DNA of 64,000 bases. Origin: Dehalococcoidia bacterium (GTDB lineage Bacteria; Chloroflexota; Dehalococcoidia; Bin125). Shown in pieces: positions 29,423-38,584 of this stretch (the first letter of the stretch is position 1; every line of letters begins with the position of its first letter). The position numbers were made by a program, and so were the translations under genes. The notes below the pieces were generated by a model. The model was given only the letters and a program-made list of their open reading frames with translations. It was not told the DNA's origin and did no database searches. The stretch is taken from assembly GCA_022825265.1 (NCBI GenBank), contig JAJDXE010000004.1, positions 42,343-106,342 on the forward strand, read 5' to 3'.

Positions 29423-31681
29423 TCACTGGCTGCGCATCAAGTCGTCAATCAGGGTCTGGGGATTTTCGTTCTCCCGACCGGCGGAGTCGATGGTCACGTC
29501 GAGCAGTCGGCCCTCGAACTCGAACGGCGACTCGTAGAGGTCATCGACCGGAGTCTGTCCGTCGCGGCCGACCTCCAGCGGTTCGTTGACGTAGTTGCGA
29601 TCCTCGAAGTGGAGCAGGTTGCCCCCGCCGGCCGGCTCGTCGTTGATGAACATCCGGACCGAGGCCTCGCCGTCGTCCACTCGAACCACGTCGGCGCGCA
29701 GCGTGACGGCGCCAACAGGGATCGCCGAGTCGGAGATCACCCGGCTGCGCTCGCCGAAGGCGTTGGTCGTGTAGCAAAGCCGATTGTGCTGGACGTACAG
29801 CGCGACGCCTCCGAAGCGGCCGCCGTCAGCGAGGATCACCCCGCCCTGTGCGGCAGTGGCGCGTTCGATCTTCGCCTCGATCCGGTGCGAGCTGCCGAGC
29901 AGAAACGGCCCCTGGCGAAAGAAGTGAGGCAGGACCGCGCCTTGCTGGAACACCCATCGACCTGGACCGGGGCGCTGCAGGCGGAGTTGATGGCCGCCGC
30001 TAAAGTCGTCGAGCGGCAGAACCCCATAGCGTTCGGCCTCCTGCCACCAGAGGTCGATCATGGCCTGGAGCCGTTCCGGCTCCGCCTGCGCCAGATCATT
30101 GAGCTCGGCGATGTCCTCTTCGAGGTGATAGAGCTCCCAGGGTTCGGCGTCGTAGTCGGCGCCGCGCTCGTGGAAGGTGACCACCTTCCAACCCTCGTGC
30201 CAGATGGCGCGATTGCCGACCATCTCGAAGTACTGCGTCGTTTTGGGCGAGGGCGCATCGGCGTCCTCGATCGTGGATGTGAGCGAGACGCCGTGCATGG
30301 GAATCTGCTCGATCCCGTTGACCGCCTCCGGCATCTCGACGCCGGCGAGTTCGAGGATCGTCGGTGCGAGGTCGACGACATGGCAGAACTGACGGCGGGT
30401 CTCGCCGCGGGCCTCGATCCCCTTCGGCCAGGAGATCACGAGCGGCGCGCGAACTCCGCCGGCATGAGTGTGCGACTTGTAGCGCTTGAACGGCGTGTTG
30501 CCGGCCATCGCCCAACCGCGCGGGTAGTGGTTCATGGTCAGCGGACCACCGAGATCGTCGAGCCGCGAGACCATCTCATCGACGCTGTCGCCGACGGCAT
30601 TGCGTCGGCGAGTGTGATCGACGGTTCCGCCAGCCCCGCCCTCGGCCGATGCGCCGTTGTCGGAGATCGCGATGACCAGGGTGTCGTCAAGTTTGCCCAG
30701 CCGTTCCAGCTCGTCCAGCAGCCGTCCGATCTGGCCGTCGGCGTGATCGAGGAAGCCGGCGAAGACTTCCTGCATGCGCGCATAGACAGTCCGCTCATCG
30801 TCCGCTAACTCGCCCCAGGGTCGGACGTCGTGATTGCGCGGAGCCAGCTGCTGATCTCCAGGAAGCAGTCCCGACGCGCGCTGCCGGGCGAGGATCCGGT
30901 CGCGCTCAACGTCCCAACCGTCGTCGAAGCGGCTGCGGTACTTGTCGGCGTAGTCAGCGGGAACGTGATGGGGCGAGTGCGCCGCCGCGAATGCGACGTA
31001 GAGGAAGAAGGGTGCATCGTCGTCGGCGGACGCGAGCTGGCGCAGCCAGAGGTTGGCACGATCGACGATCGCTTCCGAGAGGTGGTAGTCGTCGCCCGAG
31101 TCGACTGTGGCCGGCGCATCGATCCGTTCGTTGCCGAGGAACAGTTCCGGATTCCACTGGCTCGTCTCGCCGAAGAGGAAGCCGTAGAAGCGATCGAATC
31201 CGCGCTGCAGGGGCCAGTGGTCGTACGGTCCGGCGGGGCTCTGCATGGCGCTGAGCATGAGGTGCCACTTGCCGACGCACATCGTTCGGTATCCGCTCGG
31301 CTTGAGCATCTCGGCCAGGGTGCCGGCTTCTCGGGCGACGAAGCCGGCCGTGTTGGGGAAGCCGTTGCCCATCTCGGTGACTCGGGACATGCCGACCGCA
31401 TGATGGTTGCGACCGGTGAGCAAACAGGCTCGGGTCGGTGAACAGAGCGGCGTGACGTGGAAGTTCGCGTAGCGCAGGCCGTTGGCGGCGATTCGATCCA
31501 GTGAGGGCGTGTCGATGCTCGAGCCGTAGCAACCGAGCTGCGAATAGCCGACATCGTCGAGCACGATCACCACGACGTTGGGTCCCTGCGCCGCCGGTTC
31601 ATCCTGCCAGGAGCGCTGGGACTCGTGGATCGTGCGCCCAATCGTGCCGGTGAACCCTCGCTCGTGTTCCAACTGCGGCAT
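29423..31681 (-). CDS. Sulfatase (arylsulfatase-family) with a ~250 aa C-terminal extension.
   Basis: FGly motif CSPTRACLLTGR, plus VVIVLDDVGY and GKWH motifs. No FGE or anSME gene is nearby. Confidence 0.8.
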   Translation of the reverse strand: MPQLEHERGFTGTIGRTIHESQRSWQDEPAAQGPNVVVIVLDDVGYSQLGCYGSSIDTPSLDRIAANGLRYANFHVTPLCSPTRACLLTGRNHHAVGMSRVTEMGNGFPNTAGFVAREAGTLAEMLKPSGYRTMCVGKWHLMLSAMQSPAGPYDHWPLQRGFDRFYGFLFGETSQWNPELFLGNERIDAPATVDSGDDYHLSEAIVDRANLWLRQLASADDDAPFFLYVAFAAAHSPHHVPADYADKYRSRFDDGWDVERDRILARQRASGLLPGDQQLAPRNHDVRPWGELADDERTVYARMQEVFAGFLDHADGQIGRLLDELERLGKLDDTLVIAISDNGASAEGGAGGTVDHTRRRNAVGDSVDEMVSRLDDLGGPLTMNHYPRGWAMAGNTPFKRYKSHTHAGGVRAPLVISWPKGIEARGETRRQFCHVVDLAPTILELAGVEMPEAVNGIEQIPMHGVSLTSTIEDADAPSPKTTQYFEMVGNRAIWHEGWKVVTFHERGADYDAEPWELYHLEEDIAELNDLAQAEPERLQAMIDLWWQEAERYGVLPLDDFSGGHQLRLQRPGPGRWVFQQGAVLPHFFRQGPFLLGSSHRIEAKIERATAAQGGVILADGGRFGGVALYVQHNRLCYTTNAFGERSRVISDSAIPVGAVTLRADVVRVDDGEASVRMFINDEPAGGGNLLHFEDRNYVNEPLEVGRDGQTPVDDLYESPFEFEGRLLDVTIDSAGRENENPQTLIDDLMRSQ

Positions 31682-31834
31682 CGGATGTTTCCCTTCCGCC
31701 TGTCGGCGCTGAGAGTGGTCGGCTGAGGAGGCGCCGTCGATGTCGGGGTCAGGCTAGGGCCGATGAACGGTCGGGCGATCCGGTGCGGCGAGCCTCATCG
31801 TCGTCTCAAACTCGCTATATTTCGCGAATACGAA

Positions 31835-31848
31835 CCGTTCCATGGAAC
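31835..31848. promoter_or_regulatory. Perfect 14-bp palindrome (cgttccatggaacg) 16 nt upstream of the SBP start, next to a ttcgcgaa palindrome at 31820-31827. Candidate operator.
   Basis: Read directly from sequence. It sits between a TATATT -10-like box at 31815 and the RBS. Confidence 0.3.
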
Positions 31849-31863
31849 GAAGGATGGAGCACG

Positions 31864-33786
31864 ATGACACGACATTGGACAAACCTACGGCGCTCGCGAC
31901 TGAGTCGGCGGTCGCTGCTGAAGGCATCGGCGCGTGCCGGGGTCGGCGCAGCAGGCCTGGCACTGGTCGGTTGTGGCGGCGACGACGATGACGACCAGCA
32001 GCAGGCGGTCGCCCAGGTCCAGCAAGAGCAGGACCAGCAGCAGCAGGCCATGCAGCAACAACAGCAGCAACAGGCGATGCAGCAGCAGGCTCAACAGCAG
32101 GCGATGCAAGAGCAGCAGGAACAACAGGCCGAGCAACAGGCTCAGCAGGTCGAACAACAAGAGCAGGCCCAGCAGGAAGAACTGGACCGCTCAACGGCAC
32201 AGGAGGAAGCCGAGGTCAGCGAGGTCGATCTCGACGCGGAGATCATCGTCGGCTACGGATCGTTCCCACCGACGCTCGACATCACCACCGCCGGCGGCGG
32301 CGGCGGACAGGGCGCGAGCAACAACCTGCACTTCGCGGCCTTGGCGGCCTACAACTCGGGCCGCGTGATCCAGGCGGAGGGCGGGTTCGGCGACTGGGAG
32401 TTTTCCGACGACCTGTCCAGCTTCATCTGGCGGATCAAGCCGGGCGTCACCTTCCATAACGGCGAGCCGCTGAACGCCGAGTCGGTGCAGTTCTATTACG
32501 AGCGCATTCTCGGCCGGGCTGAGTACAACCCCGACTTCGAGTCCTCGCTCCGCGCGCGGGCCGGCTGGATGGGCGACATCTCCGTCGTTGACGAGCACAC
32601 GGTCTCGATTGCGATGGACACGCCGTTCGTGGATGCGCCGGAGCAATCGGGCGGGATCAACTTCGGTCTGCTGCCCAAGCAGTACATCATCGACAACGGC
32701 GACGACCACTTCGCCAACAACCCGATTGGTTGCGGGGCGTACCAGTTCATGTCCTGGATCCCCGACCAGGAGATTCGCAGCCAGCGCTTTGAGAACTTCG
32801 CCTTCCCGCACGACGCGCCGTTCCAGTGGAAGGCTGGCTGGGCCAAATACATCACGGGCCGCTACTTCCCAGAGGAGCAGGCGCGCGCGGCGGCGTTGGA
32901 GGCCGGCGAGGTTGACATCGCCTACCGGATCAGCCCCGACGTCGCCAAGCAGTTCGAGGACCGCGACGACTTCAAGGTGATCGCGCTGCCCGACGTTCGC
33001 GTGATGGCGCTGGAGCTGCCGGTCAACCAGTCGCTCGACCCGATCACCGGGGAAGAGAACCCGTGGCGCGATGTGCGGGTGCGGCAGGCGGCCAACTATG
33101 CGATTGACGCCGACGCGATCATCGACAACCTGCTGACCGGTACCGAGGAACGCGCCTATTCGCCGTTCCCGGCCGGCTACGACCCGCCGATCGGCAATCT
33201 GCCGGGGCAGTACAACTACGACCCGGACAAGGCGCGGGCGCTGCTCGAGGAGGCCGGCCAGATCGGCTTTGCGTTCACGATTACGTTGCCGACCGGCCTC
33301 TGGACCGCTGACCGCATCTGGATGCCGGCGGTCCAGCAGATGCTCAACGACGTCGGGTTCCAGGTTGAGGTCGACTACGCCGACTTCGGCAACGCGCTGT
33401 CGTTGATCCGCAACAACGAAGTGCCGAATCCGTTCGTCTTCAACCAGGCCGGCGTGTCGAGCGGCGCACCGCTCGGCCCGGCCTTCGCCTACCGACTGGT
33501 GACGACGGTCGGCTCGCCCTACTCGCACGCGCAGGAGAGCGACGATTTCCTGCCCGAGTTCTCGGAGTTCCAGGCCTTGATCGAAGAAGCGAACGCCGAG
33601 TTCGATCAGCAGCGGGCGAACGATCTGTACTACCAGGCCTCGGTGATCTCGTACGAGAACGCCTTCCAGGTGCCGCTGTTTGGTCTGCCGCACCTCTACG
33701 CGGTCACGCCGCAGATTCTCTACAACGAGTACTACGGCACCTCGACCGGTCTGAACGCGATCTACGCGCAGAAGCTGAAGACCTAG
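31864..33786 (+). CDS. ABC transporter substrate-binding lipoprotein, family 5 (peptide/nickel/opine type), with a Tat-like signal and a poly-Q linker.
   Basis: Signal RRSRLSRRSLLKASARAGVGAAGLALVGCGG, then DDDDD and a ~70-residue Q-rich tract, then the SBP_bac_5 core. Start refined to 31864, with aaggatggag upstream. Confidence 0.8.
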   Translation: MTRHWTNLRRSRLSRRSLLKASARAGVGAAGLALVGCGGDDDDDQQQAVAQVQQEQDQQQQAMQQQQQQQAMQQQAQQQAMQEQQEQQAEQQAQQVEQQEQAQQEELDRSTAQEEAEVSEVDLDAEIIVGYGSFPPTLDITTAGGGGGQGASNNLHFAALAAYNSGRVIQAEGGFGDWEFSDDLSSFIWRIKPGVTFHNGEPLNAESVQFYYERILGRAEYNPDFESSLRARAGWMGDISVVDEHTVSIAMDTPFVDAPEQSGGINFGLLPKQYIIDNGDDHFANNPIGCGAYQFMSWIPDQEIRSQRFENFAFPHDAPFQWKAGWAKYITGRYFPEEQARAAALEAGEVDIAYRISPDVAKQFEDRDDFKVIALPDVRVMALELPVNQSLDPITGEENPWRDVRVRQAANYAIDADAIIDNLLTGTEERAYSPFPAGYDPPIGNLPGQYNYDPDKARALLEEAGQIGFAFTITLPTGLWTADRIWMPAVQQMLNDVGFQVEVDYADFGNALSLIRNNEVPNPFVFNQAGVSSGAPLGPAFAYRLVTTVGSPYSHAQESDDFLPEFSEFQALIEEANAEFDQQRANDLYYQASVISYENAFQVPLFGLPHLYAVTPQILYNEYYGTSTGLNAIYAQKLKT

Positions 33787-33815
33787 CAGGAGTTCAACAG
33801 CGCCGTCGGATGATC

Positions 33816-33845
33816 AACCGCTCCCCCCAAACGGGGGGAGCGGTT
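33816..33845. repeat. Perfect 13-bp-stem hairpin (aaccgctcccccc-aaac-ggggggagcggtt) between the SBP and permease genes. This is a REP-family unit and a probable intra-operon attenuator.
   Basis: Direct read. It shares the CTCCCCCC/GGGGGGAG core with the other copies. Confidence 0.55.
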
Positions 33846-33865
33846 TCGAAGGAGTCTGATCGACG

Positions 33866-34801
33866 ATGCGTAGCGAACTCGGAGCGACCGCCTTCGGACG
33901 GCTGCTGCGGTCGATCGCGGTCGTGCTCGGTGTGGTCTCGATCGTTTTTTTCTTGAGCCGCGGCGCCGGCGATCCGGTGTCGCGGCTTGCGCCGATCGAC
34001 GCCACTCAACAGGAGATTGAAGAAGCGAAGGAGCGCTACGGGCTCAACGACCCGATGATCGAGCAGTACGGTCGCTTCCTCTGGGACATTGTGCGGCTGG
34101 AGTTTGGACAGTCCTTCCGCGCGACGCGGCCGGCGACTGATGTGGTCGGCGAGCGGTTGGTGGCAACGATCCAGCTCGGCGCGGCCGGACTGCTCGTCGC
34201 GTTCCTGATTGGCATTCCGTTAGGGATCGTGGCCGCCGTGCGTCGCGGCGGCGCGACCGACATCTTCAGCAGGATCGGCGCCCTGTTTGGTCAGGCGGTG
34301 CCCAACTTCTGGCTGGGCCTGATGTTGATCCTCTTTGTCGCGCTGTACATCGACTGGATACCGACGGGCGGCCGCACGACACCGCAGAGCATCATCTTGC
34401 CGGCTATCACGCTGGGATCGTTCCCGGCGGCGGCGGTGATGCGATTTACCCGTTCGGCGATGCTCGACACGCTGCAGCAGGACTACATCCGCACCGCTCG
34501 GGCTAAGGGTCTGAGCGAGCGCGCCGTGTTGTTCAAGCACGCCTTGCGCAACTCAATGCTCGCTGTGATCACGTTGCTTGGGCTGCAGGTCGGCAACATC
34601 CTCTCCGGCGCGATCATCGTCGAGACCGTCTTCGCCTGGCCCGGCCTCGGTCAGTTGATCATTCAGTCGATCGTGGCGACCGACTATCCGGTCGTACAGG
34701 CCTCGGTATTGCTGACGTCAGTCTGGATCGTGTTCATCAATCTCGTGGTTGATGTGTCCTACACGTTTATCGATCCGCGCATTCGAACGGGAGCGATCTG
34801 A
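33866..34801 (+). CDS. ABC transporter permease (DppB/OppB-like).
   Basis: 311 aa with six TM helices and the EAA-like loop ...ARAKGLSERAVLFKHALRNS. Confidence 0.85.
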   Translation: MRSELGATAFGRLLRSIAVVLGVVSIVFFLSRGAGDPVSRLAPIDATQQEIEEAKERYGLNDPMIEQYGRFLWDIVRLEFGQSFRATRPATDVVGERLVATIQLGAAGLLVAFLIGIPLGIVAAVRRGGATDIFSRIGALFGQAVPNFWLGLMLILFVALYIDWIPTGGRTTPQSIILPAITLGSFPAAAVMRFTRSAMLDTLQQDYIRTARAKGLSERAVLFKHALRNSMLAVITLLGLQVGNILSGAIIVETVFAWPGLGQLIIQSIVATDYPVVQASVLLTSVWIVFINLVVDVSYTFIDPRIRTGAI

Positions 34802-34804
34802 CCC

Positions 34805-35710
34805 GTGGCCGAGTCGCCAGCCCCCGCCCAGGCAGTTGAGGATCCGTTCGCCAGACAGCGGCGCAACTGGCGCGTCCGTTCGCCGAAGACGCTGATCGCC
34901 ACCTTCTCGATTCTCTTGCTGTTCGTCGTATTGGGCATCTTTGGATCGCAGATCGCGCCCGAGGATCCGTTCAAGCTCAACCTCGTCGGCCGGCTGCAGC
35001 CGCCCTTCTTCGAGGCGGAGGGCAGCCTCGATCATCCGCTCGGCACCGACGATCTGGGCCGCGACACGCTGAGCCGTCTGATTTACGGCGCCAGGATCTC
35101 GTTGCTGGCGATCGTGATGGTGATCCCGCTGGCGACCGTGATCGGTTCCATCCTCGGCATCCTGGCGGGCTGGTTTGGAGGTTGGACGAGCCGTGTGATC
35201 ATGGCGCTCGTCGATCTCCAGTTGGCGATGCCAGCGATCCTGATTGCGGTCTTTCTGCGCGCGATCTGGGAACCGAGCCTGAGCAACGTGGTGATCGTGC
35301 TGGTCTTCGCCTTGTGGGCAACGTTCGCCCGCCTGGTGCGAGGCGAGACGCTGGGCCTGAAAGAGCGAGAGTTTGTCATAGCGGCGCGCACGATCGGCGC
35401 CAACGACCTGCGGATCATGGTGCGCCACGTGCTGCCCAGCTTGGTCAACTCGATCGTCATCCTGGCGACGCTGAACGTCGCCACGGTGGTCATCGCCGAA
35501 GCCGGGCTGAGCTTCCTCGGCGTCGGGATTCCGCAGGACTCGATCTCCTGGGGCATCATGATCTCACAGGGGCGCGGTGTGATTGTGACCGCGTGGTGGC
35601 TGGTCACGGTGCCGGGGATCGCGATTATCGTGGTCTCGTTGGTCGTCAACCTGTTCGGCGACTGGCTGCGGGACTTCCTGGACCCCCAACTACGGAACAT
35701 CCAGAGATAG
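34805..35710 (+). CDS. ABC transporter permease (DppC/OppC-like).
   Basis: 301 aa with N-terminal TM helices and ...AARTIGANDLRIMVRHVLP. Confidence 0.85.
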   Translation: MAESPAPAQAVEDPFARQRRNWRVRSPKTLIATFSILLLFVVLGIFGSQIAPEDPFKLNLVGRLQPPFFEAEGSLDHPLGTDDLGRDTLSRLIYGARISLLAIVMVIPLATVIGSILGILAGWFGGWTSRVIMALVDLQLAMPAILIAVFLRAIWEPSLSNVVIVLVFALWATFARLVRGETLGLKEREFVIAARTIGANDLRIMVRHVLPSLVNSIVILATLNVATVVIAEAGLSFLGVGIPQDSISWGIMISQGRGVIVTAWWLVTVPGIAIIVVSLVVNLFGDWLRDFLDPQLRNIQR

Positions 35711-35737
35711 GCGCGGACCCACGCGAAGGAGCCGCAG

Positions 35738-37300
35738 ATGAGCTGGCAGTCCGAACTGGACGAGATGGAGCGGCGGGCGGACCTCGCTCGGCAGATGGGT
35801 GGCCCCGACAGCGTCGCCTTCCACCACGGACGCGGCAAACTGACGGTCCGTGAGCGGATCGATCTGCTGACCGACCCGGGCGAATTCCAGGAGACCGGCG
35901 TGCTGGCCGGGAATCCCGAGTGGGACGGCAACGAACTGACCGGCCTGACGCCGGCCAACTCGGTCGTCGGTGTGGCCCGGATCAACGGTCGCAAGGTGGC
36001 GGTGCAAGGCGACGATTTCACTATCCGTGGAGGCTCGGCCGACGGCATGATCGGGACCAAGGGCGGCTGGGCCCAGCGCCATGCCTACATGAACCGGATT
36101 CCCTACGTGCGACTGCTCGATGCGACCGGCGGCAGCGTCAAGCACTTCGAGCAGCTCGGCCGCACGTACGTCGTCGGACCGGAGGTCGGCGGCGGCACGG
36201 GCGTCGACGACCTGCTCTGGTACATGCCGGTCGTCAACGTGGTGCTGGGCTCCGTGGCCGGCGCGCCGGCTGTGATCGCAGCCGACGGCCACTTCAACGT
36301 GATGGTCAAAGGCACGAGCCAGCTCTTTGTCGGCGGACCGCCGGTGGTCAAAGCCAGCCGCGGGTTGGAGATCTCCAAGGAGGAACTCGGCGGCGAAGAT
36401 GTCCACGTCTACGGCAACGGTGTGGTCCAGAACCTCGCCGAGACCGAGGCGGAGGCAATGGCGCAGGCGCGCAGATTCCTGAGCTATCTGCCCCAGAACG
36501 TCTGGGAAATGCCTCCACGCACTGAACCGACGGACGATCCCGATCGACGTGAGGAGCGCCTGCTGTCGGTGATCCCGCGCAACATGCGGCGGATCTACAA
36601 CGCGCGCAAGATCCTCGACTGGGTGTTGGACAAGGACTCGTTCTTCGAGATTCAACCGCACTGGGGCAAGTCGCGGATTACGGGCCTGGCCCGGGTCGAC
36701 GGCTATCCGGTTGGAGTGATGATCAACAACCCGCGCGAGAACGGCGGCTCACCGAACAAGGCGACGTCGGAGAAGATCATGCGCATGATCTCGCTATGCG
36801 ACAACTTCCACCTGCCGTTGATCTACTTCTGCGACGAACCGGGATTCTCGGTCGGCCCGGCCGACGAGCAGTCCGGCATCATCCGCACCGGCGCCCGGCT
36901 GATGCTGACCAGCCGGCTCTCGCAGATGCCGTATCTGGTGTTCATCACGCGTCAGGCTTACGGGGTCGCGGGTGGACTGCAGTACCGACGAGGCAACGCG
37001 CTCTATCGGCGCTACGCCTGGCCCTCGGCCCACTGGGGATCGATGCACATCGAAGGCGGAGTGACCGCCGCTTACCGCCGAGAGATCCGCGAAGCCGATG
37101 ACCCAGAGGCGAAGCGTCTGGAGATTGAGGGGCGGCTGAACGAGATCCGCTCACCGTTGCGGACAGCGCACGCGTTTGGCATCGAGGACATGATCGATCC
37201 GCGAGATACGCGTCCGCTGATGGTCGAGTTTGTTCGCGACGCGCAGTCATACATCCAGCAACATCTCGGTCCGACGGCGCGAATTCCATATCTGCCCTGA
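35738..37300 (+). CDS. Carboxyltransferase-family protein (acyl-CoA carboxylase beta / decarboxylase alpha-like), stand-alone.
   Basis: 520 aa. Paralogous to 6043..7611 (…LTVRERIDLLTDPGEFQETG…). No biotin carboxylase or BCCP gene is nearby. Confidence 0.8.
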   Translation: MSWQSELDEMERRADLARQMGGPDSVAFHHGRGKLTVRERIDLLTDPGEFQETGVLAGNPEWDGNELTGLTPANSVVGVARINGRKVAVQGDDFTIRGGSADGMIGTKGGWAQRHAYMNRIPYVRLLDATGGSVKHFEQLGRTYVVGPEVGGGTGVDDLLWYMPVVNVVLGSVAGAPAVIAADGHFNVMVKGTSQLFVGGPPVVKASRGLEISKEELGGEDVHVYGNGVVQNLAETEAEAMAQARRFLSYLPQNVWEMPPRTEPTDDPDRREERLLSVIPRNMRRIYNARKILDWVLDKDSFFEIQPHWGKSRITGLARVDGYPVGVMINNPRENGGSPNKATSEKIMRMISLCDNFHLPLIYFCDEPGFSVGPADEQSGIIRTGARLMLTSRLSQMPYLVFITRQAYGVAGGLQYRRGNALYRRYAWPSAHWGSMHIEGGVTAAYRREIREADDPEAKRLEIEGRLNEIRSPLRTAHAFGIEDMIDPRDTRPLMVEFVRDAQSYIQQHLGPTARIPYLP

Positions 37301-37305
37301 AGACG

Positions 37306-38553
37306 TCAGAACGGTGGGGCCTTGTGCGACTCCACCTCCGCGATCGCCGACTCTTCGTAGCCGAGCTCTGACATTAGTTCCGCAGTGTGCTCACCCAGGT
37401 CGGAGAACATGTTCTTGGCCGTTCCCGGAGTCCGGCTCAGACGGGTTGGAATGCCCGCGACCCGGCGTCGGCCGACGTGGGGGATGTCCTTCTCGACGAT
37501 GTATCCGTTGACCAGCGCCTGCTCGTCGTCGAGGACCTCTTCGTAGCTCTGGACGCGCTGGGCCGTCGCGCCGTCTGGGTGGATGTCGAAGAACTCCTGC
37601 CACTCGTCGGAAGTGCGTGTCTTCATCATCTCGGCGACGTACGGACGGACATCCTTGACACGGTCCATCGCGTCCTGGTCGCGAAACGGATCGCGTCCCT
37701 CGCGGTGGTTCCAGCGCGGGTCGTCGGCCAGCTCCGGGTTGCCGCCGTGTTCGCAGAACTCGCGCCAGGTTTCGTCCTCGCGAATGCCCATGCAGAAGGC
37801 GACGCCGTCGGACGCTTCGTAGATCCCGGTCATCGCCGAGACGATGGGATGAAACGCGCCGTCGCGAGTGGGTAGATGGCCCGTTGCCGAAGTGTGGTTG
37901 ATCTCCCAGGCCTGCATCCAGATCATCGCGCCGTAGGAGGAGGTCTGAACTTTCTGGCCGAGGCCGTCGCGCTGGCGCGCGACCAGCGCGGTGAGGATGC
38001 CCATTGCGAGCGCCATCGCGCCGCCGGTATCGGCGATGATCGCGCCGGGGATGAGCTGTGGGTCGTCGGGCGTGCCGGTGACGCCGGCAATGCCGCTGCG
38101 CGCCTGCGAGTACTGATCGCTCATCCGGTTCTCGCGGGCCGGTCCATCCGGTCCGAAGCCATTGGCGGTGGCGTAGACGAGGCCGGGATTGCGAGCGGAG
38201 AGGCGCTCGTAGCCCATGCCGATGCGTTCGAGCGCAGGTTCGCGGAAGTTGCTCAGGAAGACGTCGGCGCTGTCGACTAGCTTGTCCACCAGCTCCAGCC
38301 CGATCTCGGTGTGGATGTCGACGCAGACCGAGCGCTTGCCGTGCGACGCGCCGATGAACTGCGTCCCGACCGACTCCGGCGGCAGCTCGTTGTTCGCTCC
38401 GCGATACCAGCGGTTGGCGTCGCCCATCGGCGGCTCGACCTTGATCACGTCCGCCCCCATGTCCGAGAGGAAGCCGCCCGCTGCCGGTCCCTGCACTGCG
38501 ATCGATAGCTCAACGACCCGGATGCCTTCGAGCGCTTCCATCTGATCCTCCAA
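37306..38553 (-). CDS. Family-III CoA-transferase (CaiB/BaiF), single domain.
   Basis: 415 aa. N-terminus LEGIRVVELSIAVQGPAAGGFLSDMGADVIKVEPP. Confidence 0.8.
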   Translation of the reverse strand: MEDQMEALEGIRVVELSIAVQGPAAGGFLSDMGADVIKVEPPMGDANRWYRGANNELPPESVGTQFIGASHGKRSVCVDIHTEIGLELVDKLVDSADVFLSNFREPALERIGMGYERLSARNPGLVYATANGFGPDGPARENRMSDQYSQARSGIAGVTGTPDDPQLIPGAIIADTGGAMALAMGILTALVARQRDGLGQKVQTSSYGAMIWMQAWEINHTSATGHLPTRDGAFHPIVSAMTGIYEASDGVAFCMGIREDETWREFCEHGGNPELADDPRWNHREGRDPFRDQDAMDRVKDVRPYVAEMMKTRTSDEWQEFFDIHPDGATAQRVQSYEEVLDDEQALVNGYIVEKDIPHVGRRRVAGIPTRLSRTPGTAKNMFSDLGEHTAELMSELGYEESAIAEVESHKAPPF

Positions 38554-38584
38554 ACCCTGATCGGTCCGACCGCACGAGGCTAGT

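Noticed and set aside
32191-33693. 500-aa minus-strand ORF.
   Set aside because: It is antisense to the substrate-binding protein gene, and similar antisense ORFs run opposite most real genes in this window. Comparable ORFs at 3099..4184, 9143..10120, 39884..40942, 40822..42957, 35083..36060 and 6934..7704 were rejected on the same grounds.
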